A DNA stretch of 64,000 nucleotides from contig JBOEGD010000016.1 of the NCBI GenBank assembly GCA_050633245.1, positions 129,645 to 193,644 on the forward strand, written 5' to 3'. Source of the DNA: Calditrichia bacterium. Its GTDB lineage: Bacteria; Calditrichota; Calditrichia; RBG-13-44-9; J075. Both the position numbers and the translations under genes were made by a program. The notes below the pieces were generated by a model, which made no database searches, had not been told where the DNA came from, and was given only the letters and a program-made list of their open reading frames with translations. Positions 59,701-64,000 of the stretch are shown here, one piece after another. Numbering within the stretch: position 1 is the first letter of the stretch; each line of letters starts with the position of its first letter.

Positions 59701-62365
59701 TGCGATACGTTAACTGCTTACCAGGCGCTTCTTTTCCATCCGCATCCAGTAGCACAAAAGGCACATCTATTTTCGAGCCGAGCTTTACGTATCCCCAGCG
59801 CGTTTCAGGACGCTGTAGTCCGACATAATGTGAATAGGTCTCAATAGGGATTGAAAGCGAATTGAGGTTAGCTCTGCCACCCTTTTCAAATACTCGGGCA
59901 GACACGTCAGCACGAAGCGAAGACGGTGCGCCGGTCAACTTTGGCAGCTTCCAGCTTATTTTTGCATTGCCATTCGCATCCAGATTTCCACTGAAAACGG
60001 ATGCACGAACCGGCTGATAGTTAACCGTACCGTTCTGAAAAATAAAATTCTTGTACTTCGGAAACTGCTTTCTTACAGACTGTAGAATAACATCTGCCTC
60101 TGCCTTGAGGCCTGCGGCCGGATTACCGAAAAGATAGGTGCTGTTAAAATCGATGTTCATCCGCTTGTCGGTCGCGGAGAGCGTTTTCTTTTCCGGAGTA
60201 AGATTGACTTTCAGACGAAAGGGTACAACCGTCTCTATTTTCAGGTCGTGGGTAAAATAGGAAGCACCCGCCTTCACCGAGACGCGATAGGTTCCGGTTG
60301 GATCATCCATTGCCCCCTGATAAGTAAAATTGTAAAATCCATCTTCCGATGTCGTATTTGTCTTCTCGAATACCTTCTGATTTCGCGGATTGTAAATAAT
60401 CATTTCTACCGGATGATTGTCCGGAAAGCTGTTTTCTTCATTTCGCACAACCGTCGAGATGTTTACTTCATCGCCGGGACGATACACACCACGCTCGGTA
60501 TAAATAAATGCGCGCGTTCCCCCCGGAACGGTTGATTCACCATCGGTGTCGAATGTGGACAAATTCCAGCGCATCTGCTGTAGCTTGATTACACTGCGCT
60601 CTCCACCACGTTCTCCTTCAACCGTAAATAGCTGATCCTTACCGATATCACCAAACTCTACATATCCGCGGGAGTCGGTAACGCCGGTGACGATGGGCTG
60701 ATGCTGATAACTGCGCAGTGTAACATTCACGCCGCTCATCGGCTCGGCAGTATTGATGTCGGTTGCGTAAATAACGTGCTGCTTATGACCGCGCTTATAG
60801 GTTAATCCAATGTCACTGGCAATAACCGGTTTATAAATCTGCCCCCAGTTGTTCGGATATCCCGGTGAATACGGGTTTGTAGTATACTCTTCGCCGTAAT
60901 AATAGCGTTTATTGCGATCTGCCATTTCCTGAGCGGTGCCATATAGCATATCATTATGAGAAAATCGTACGGACAGCAAATACAGCCCTTTATCTTCGCG
61001 AGAGATAATTTTAGAAAGATCCAGTTCATGCTGTTTCCAGCTATTTTTTTCGGTCCCTAAATCCAGTGTGTCGGTATGAACCACGACACCTACTCGATCT
61101 ATGTAATAATTGAAGCCACTATTTCGCGATGCACTGCCGTTCAAATCCTGCGTCTGTAGGAATTGTCCAAGATTAGACTCGAAGACGCGCTTTATTTCGA
61201 AGCGAGCAGACTTTACATTGAGCGACTGAAAACGCACGCTACGTTTATTAGCGGTCGGCATAAATACGCCGTCACCCGAAAACTTTATTTGAGGCTTAAG
61301 GTCTGCGAGCTTAACAACTTCGGAAATAAGCTTCGAGGTTTTTGTGCCAAAACGACTGCGCACGCCCTTACTGACCAGCACTTCATAGTCCTGTCCAAAA
61401 TTAAAGTTGCCGCTAAGGTAGGCATTCTTGCCAACAACCTTGACTTTTGCAGAAGCTGCCGGCTCGGTACGAATAAGACCCTGTAAATCCTGTGCGGCAT
61501 CAAGCTCATCAGAGAACTGGACAATAATACTAACCTTATCCCCACTCCCCTCTTTTTTTACGCTTGTCACACTCAGATTCGTGAGTGGAGACAAGACAAA
61601 TTCTTCATTTAACGACTGCGAAATATCTACCGGATCTTTATCAATGTTCAGGTTAAAGTTTTGCGTCGATTTCCCACGCGTAACAACTTCACTTTTAAAG
61701 CTGAATGTCTTTCCGCTACCGCTCCACGTGAGTGGCATGCCTCGCTTAAGGCGCTTTAGCGTCACTGCTTTTTTAACGAGGTCCTTTCCAATTGGCTCAG
61801 AGAACTCCACGGTTCCTACAACATGCAGCTTAGACGCATCGTCTTTATTAACCAGTTCAAAATCATGTTCAATTTTTGACAACTCACGACCGGCAACTTC
61901 AAATGCAAAGGGGAAAGACTCCAGAGTTTCTTTGTGTAGCGGCAATAAGGCGGCGACATCGAGCGTGGCAGAATAGTTTGTTCTGGCTGTCAGATCTTCC
62001 GAAGGAGTAAAGGTAAGCGTTTGTCTGTCTTTCCAGCGCGTCACGCCCTCAATTGGCGGGTCGAAGGTAAACACGTTTTTTTGTAAACTCTCGTTAACCA
62101 GGTTTTCCTTGATAACCGGAGAAGAGAAACGCACCTCAATTTCAGCATCCTTTTGCACCAGTCCGGATGTTACCTGACTGACAAGCTCAGCGGTTTCAAG
62201 TGAATAGTTAAGTTCGCTGTCCTTCGGGGCATCCTGCTTACAGCCAGACATCAGAAATAGCATGGAGAAGAGAATAATTAGCAAAGAAGAAGGTTGAAAT
62301 TGTTTAATAGACAGGTGTCTTCCGGAAAAGGGAATGAGCTGCAGCATAAGGTCCTCACTTGACAA
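56774..62365 (-). CDS. yfhM: Bacterial alpha-2-macroglobulin lipoprotein
   Basis: Lipobox MSGC, TERGVYRPGD, AVVDEG, thioester YPYGCIEQ, STQ, DIRDDR, EAMY. Confidence 0.95.
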   Translation of the reverse strand: MSSEDLMLQLIPFSGRHLSIKQFQPSSLLIILFSMLFLMSGCKQDAPKDSELNYSLETAELVSQVTSGLVQKDAEIEVRFSSPVIKENLVNESLQKNVFTFDPPIEGVTRWKDRQTLTFTPSEDLTARTNYSATLDVAALLPLHKETLESFPFAFEVAGRELSKIEHDFELVNKDDASKLHVVGTVEFSEPIGKDLVKKAVTLKRLKRGMPLTWSGSGKTFSFKSEVVTRGKSTQNFNLNIDKDPVDISQSLNEEFVLSPLTNLSVTSVKKEGSGDKVSIIVQFSDELDAAQDLQGLIRTEPAASAKVKVVGKNAYLSGNFNFGQDYEVLVSKGVRSRFGTKTSKLISEVVKLADLKPQIKFSGDGVFMPTANKRSVRFQSLNVKSARFEIKRVFESNLGQFLQTQDLNGSASRNSGFNYYIDRVGVVVHTDTLDLGTEKNSWKQHELDLSKIISREDKGLYLLSVRFSHNDMLYGTAQEMADRNKRYYYGEEYTTNPYSPGYPNNWGQIYKPVIASDIGLTYKRGHKQHVIYATDINTAEPMSGVNVTLRSYQHQPIVTGVTDSRGYVEFGDIGKDQLFTVEGERGGERSVIKLQQMRWNLSTFDTDGESTVPGGTRAFIYTERGVYRPGDEVNISTVVRNEENSFPDNHPVEMIIYNPRNQKVFEKTNTTSEDGFYNFTYQGAMDDPTGTYRVSVKAGASYFTHDLKIETVVPFRLKVNLTPEKKTLSATDKRMNIDFNSTYLFGNPAAGLKAEADVILQSVRKQFPKYKNFIFQNGTVNYQPVRASVFSGNLDANGNAKISWKLPKLTGAPSSLRADVSARVFEKGGRANLNSLSIPIETYSHYVGLQRPETRWGYVKLGSKIDVPFVLLDADGKEAPGKQLTYRIYASDSYWWWEYDSRNSYLLRFKSSSATKLEKEGKLVSQGVAGILSYTPEREGSFLIEVQDGETGHSSAFMILVDSWGSSASGKDAGVLALSADKDKYDVGETAVISFPAPAEGSVLLSIEKEQKIISSRWIALQSGNEMKVEIPVTEEMLPTTYASISIIQPHAQTANDRPLRMYGVVPLNVEQAATHQAIRINMPDELRSNAPFKIEVQTEDGEPTQFTIAVVDEGLLDLTRFDTPDAWKHFFRKLRLGVESFDLFAQVLGAHKGDVFRTFSIGGGLASKFRSSQLESGKKKRFKPVSMFKGPITTDRNGKAVVEFTMPNYVGSVRAMVVSATGNRYGKAEKAVPVKTELMAVSSFPRAMAPGDKISVPVTVFAMKEGIGEVDVTVKTTGPLKVVGEGLQKLTFAKTGDQDVSFNLQADAAIGQSKIIVEARSGSYKSVNEIDMYVRPSSARVFDNEDKTIDKGSSVKMLIPNRGLPGSNVASISIRRRPNTNFSSRILYLIRYPYGCIEQTTSSVFPQLYLKGFLKGLVNENKVAYRNEDIDRNINRGIERLHRFQLSSGGFSYWPGNTDVSEWGTLYATHFMVEAGKKGYSVSDVMLNNALRYLRSKAKDTKDNIKTRVYRVYVLARAGKADIGAMNLLRENEMSKMNNSNKWLLGSAYLLAGQKEVAGRVVKETGFTAEKYSGWSFSYGSENRDRAMILEQLVAFERWTDADKLASELSLALSNRSYWYSTQTTGYMLMAIGKYLDALEGKEGSTPRMKGNIVLPDGERVAFDTDKFSFDRELLSGFGKEVTIELDKSSTTARAFLSLDWNGVPLKSDVKTDSKSLKLNLEWLDNDGAPINPAALKQGTTFWAHYSVSPARPYKGRIDEIALVQVLPSGWEIENTRLSGEALPGWASKWRINNYDYLDIRDDRIMWFFDLRNRNSENHFLVKLNAVTVGDFELPGTIVEAMYNNDFRASIEGKAVSVLKK

Positions 62366-62422
62366 ACAATGAACGCGGTTATAGTAGATGATGTGGTCTT
62401 AAAATTAGTCAACAATTGAACT

Positions 62423-62444
62423 AAATCAAAGCGGGCTTTGATTT
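62423..62444. terminator. Possible terminator hairpin downstream of menE
   Basis: AAATCAAAGC-GG-GCTTTGATTT inverted repeat. It is AT-rich with a weak U-tract. Confidence 0.3.
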
Positions 62445-62503
62445 GTCTTTCGCAGCGAATTACACCAAATAGTGAAAATACTGAAAAATAGTTGTGTTAT
62501 TGC

Positions 62504-63925
62504 TCATATACTCAGGTTATCGGTGGCAAATTTTAAAAAGACTGAGCGCTTTATCTTATGGTCACCCGGTTCAGATTGCTCGGGCCAGGGCAGAATTCGT
62601 CTGGGAATCTTATAGCCGGCTAGCTGTTTGCGAAGTAGCGCTTTCAATTGTGATTCATCAAAATATGAAGCGCTGTTTTGCAGACGTATGAAAGCAACAG
62701 GACGGTGACCAAACTCATCATCAGCAACTGCAACAACGATCGCGCTTAAGACTCCCGGAATCTGTTCTAGCGCACGCTCAACCTCTTCCGGCTGAATGTT
62801 TTCTCCGCCCGAGATAAACATATTGTCCATACGACCGGTAATGTGAAGATTGCCAGAATCATCCAGCCTTCCACAATCTCGCGTATGAAACCACCCTTGT
62901 GTATCTACAGAATTTTTTACAGCTCCATTGTGGAGATAGCCGCTAAATAGCGTTTTTCCACGCACCATAATTTCACCATCATCGGCGATTTTCAATTCGC
63001 AATAGGGTAACACCTTTCCAGATGAAAAAACAACATTTACACCTTCCGGCGGCGTGGTTGCTATTTGAGAAGACATCTCCGTACTACCGTAACTGGTGTG
63101 AATCGGTAACCCGGCTTCGATTGCGCGCCTAAGTAATGGCTTGGGAATAGCACTACCGCCTAGCAAGACAGCCTTCAATTTTTGAAGTGCAGCCAAACCA
63201 GAGTCACTTTCCATCAATCGTAGAAGCTGCGTGCTGACCAGGGAAAGATGAGTTGTGGGCAGATTGATAAGCGCCTGCTCGAGCGATTGGCCTTTGTCAG
63301 GGATCGACACGGTTGCTCCGGCAAGCAAACAGCGCATCCAGATAGCAATTCCTCCAACATGATAAAGCGGTAGCGATAGCAGCCAGCTGTCCCCCGGGCG
63401 CAATGCAATATTCTCATTCGAACCCAGCGCACTATAGTAATGATTTGCCAAAGTGTGAACCGCTATCTTTGGCGTTCCACTACTGCCGGAGGTTGCCAGG
63501 TAAGTAGCATGCTCTTCTCCGGACAGGTTTTCGAAGAATGCAGCATTAGGTACTGAATTTCCGCGACCGTTTATCTGGCGTATCGTTTGAACATCTAAGT
63601 CAATAGAATCAGGCAGTGGTAAAAGAGCGGTATCGCAACCGGCACGCTTTAAAAGGATAGTTAACTGGTCTTTTGGTAAGCGTGTATTTAACGGAAAAGC
63701 CGGGATTTGCAAATTCCACAGCGCCGTTAGAGATAACAAATACTGGGCGGAGTTCGATCCCCAGATTGCAACAGGCTTTGTGGCATCTAAATCTGCGAGC
63801 TCAGAACTAATCTTCAGAGTAATCTTTCGGCAGTCGTCATAAGAATGCGTTCTCTCGGACGTTATTATAGCAGGTCGGTCAGCATTTCTTAAAAAGACAG
63901 ATGATAGAAAGTCAGACGATATCAT
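62504..63925 (-). CDS. menE: o-succinylbenzoate--CoA ligase
   Basis: TSGSSGTPK, WLLSLPLYHVGG, SLVSTQL, LLGG, SYGSTEMSSQ, FISGGENI. Confidence 0.92.
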   Translation of the reverse strand: MISSDFLSSVFLRNADRPAIITSERTHSYDDCRKITLKISSELADLDATKPVAIWGSNSAQYLLSLTALWNLQIPAFPLNTRLPKDQLTILLKRAGCDTALLPLPDSIDLDVQTIRQINGRGNSVPNAAFFENLSGEEHATYLATSGSSGTPKIAVHTLANHYYSALGSNENIALRPGDSWLLSLPLYHVGGIAIWMRCLLAGATVSIPDKGQSLEQALINLPTTHLSLVSTQLLRLMESDSGLAALQKLKAVLLGGSAIPKPLLRRAIEAGLPIHTSYGSTEMSSQIATTPPEGVNVVFSSGKVLPYCELKIADDGEIMVRGKTLFSGYLHNGAVKNSVDTQGWFHTRDCGRLDDSGNLHITGRMDNMFISGGENIQPEEVERALEQIPGVLSAIVVAVADDEFGHRPVAFIRLQNSASYFDESQLKALLRKQLAGYKIPRRILPWPEQSEPGDHKIKRSVFLKFATDNLSI

Positions 63926-63960
63926 GCCAACAATATAGTGGTTTTGGGGACGGGGAGCAA

Positions 63961-64000
63961 TGGGAACAGTGAACGATAAAAATGTGAAATGTGAAATGTG
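63961..64000. repeat. Heptamer tandem repeat AATGTGA (runs off window end)
   Basis: AATGTGA AATGTGA AATGTG at 63981-64000, with degenerate units before it. Confidence 0.75.

Overview
Gene-dense bacterial chromosomal window, mid-GC and diderm. The gene content suggests a Calditrichota/FCB-type lineage, which is inference only. I recognised no rRNA, tRNA, CRISPR array, integrase or transposase. From left to right it contains: (1) a minus-strand operon of three PQQ-like beta-propeller proteins, an EhpF-like adenylating enzyme, an EhpG/LuxC-like acyl-reductase-type ALDH and a truncated UPF0489-like gene, which is the best candidate for an undescribed system; (2) GDPD, MscS plus a large degenerate P-loop NTPase, an RlmL-like methylase and an ALDH; (3) a 1051-aa pentapeptide/TIR-like/acidic/TM/propeller protein followed by a TPR pseudogene; (4) dsbD-like, ugpC/msmX-like, malic enzyme, AraC-VOC-DUF1801, a DSD1-like PLP enzyme, pbpC and an M61 peptidase; (5) an AT-richer block of six co-oriented accessory genes; (6) ddl, gltX, rhodanese, a propeller protein, hflX, BatA-vWA and a nucleotidyltransferase; (7) a 22-bp repeat array with a perfect palindrome ahead of two paralogous secreted proteins; (8) saccharopine dehydrogenase, DinB, an apparently inactive M28 peptidase, a sigma-like/DUF4046-like protein, alpha-2-macroglobulin and menE. 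Intergenic DNA carries two dispersed hairpin-repeat families and many 7/14-nt tandem arrays that begin at stop codons. All family calls come from motif recognition, and no searches were run.
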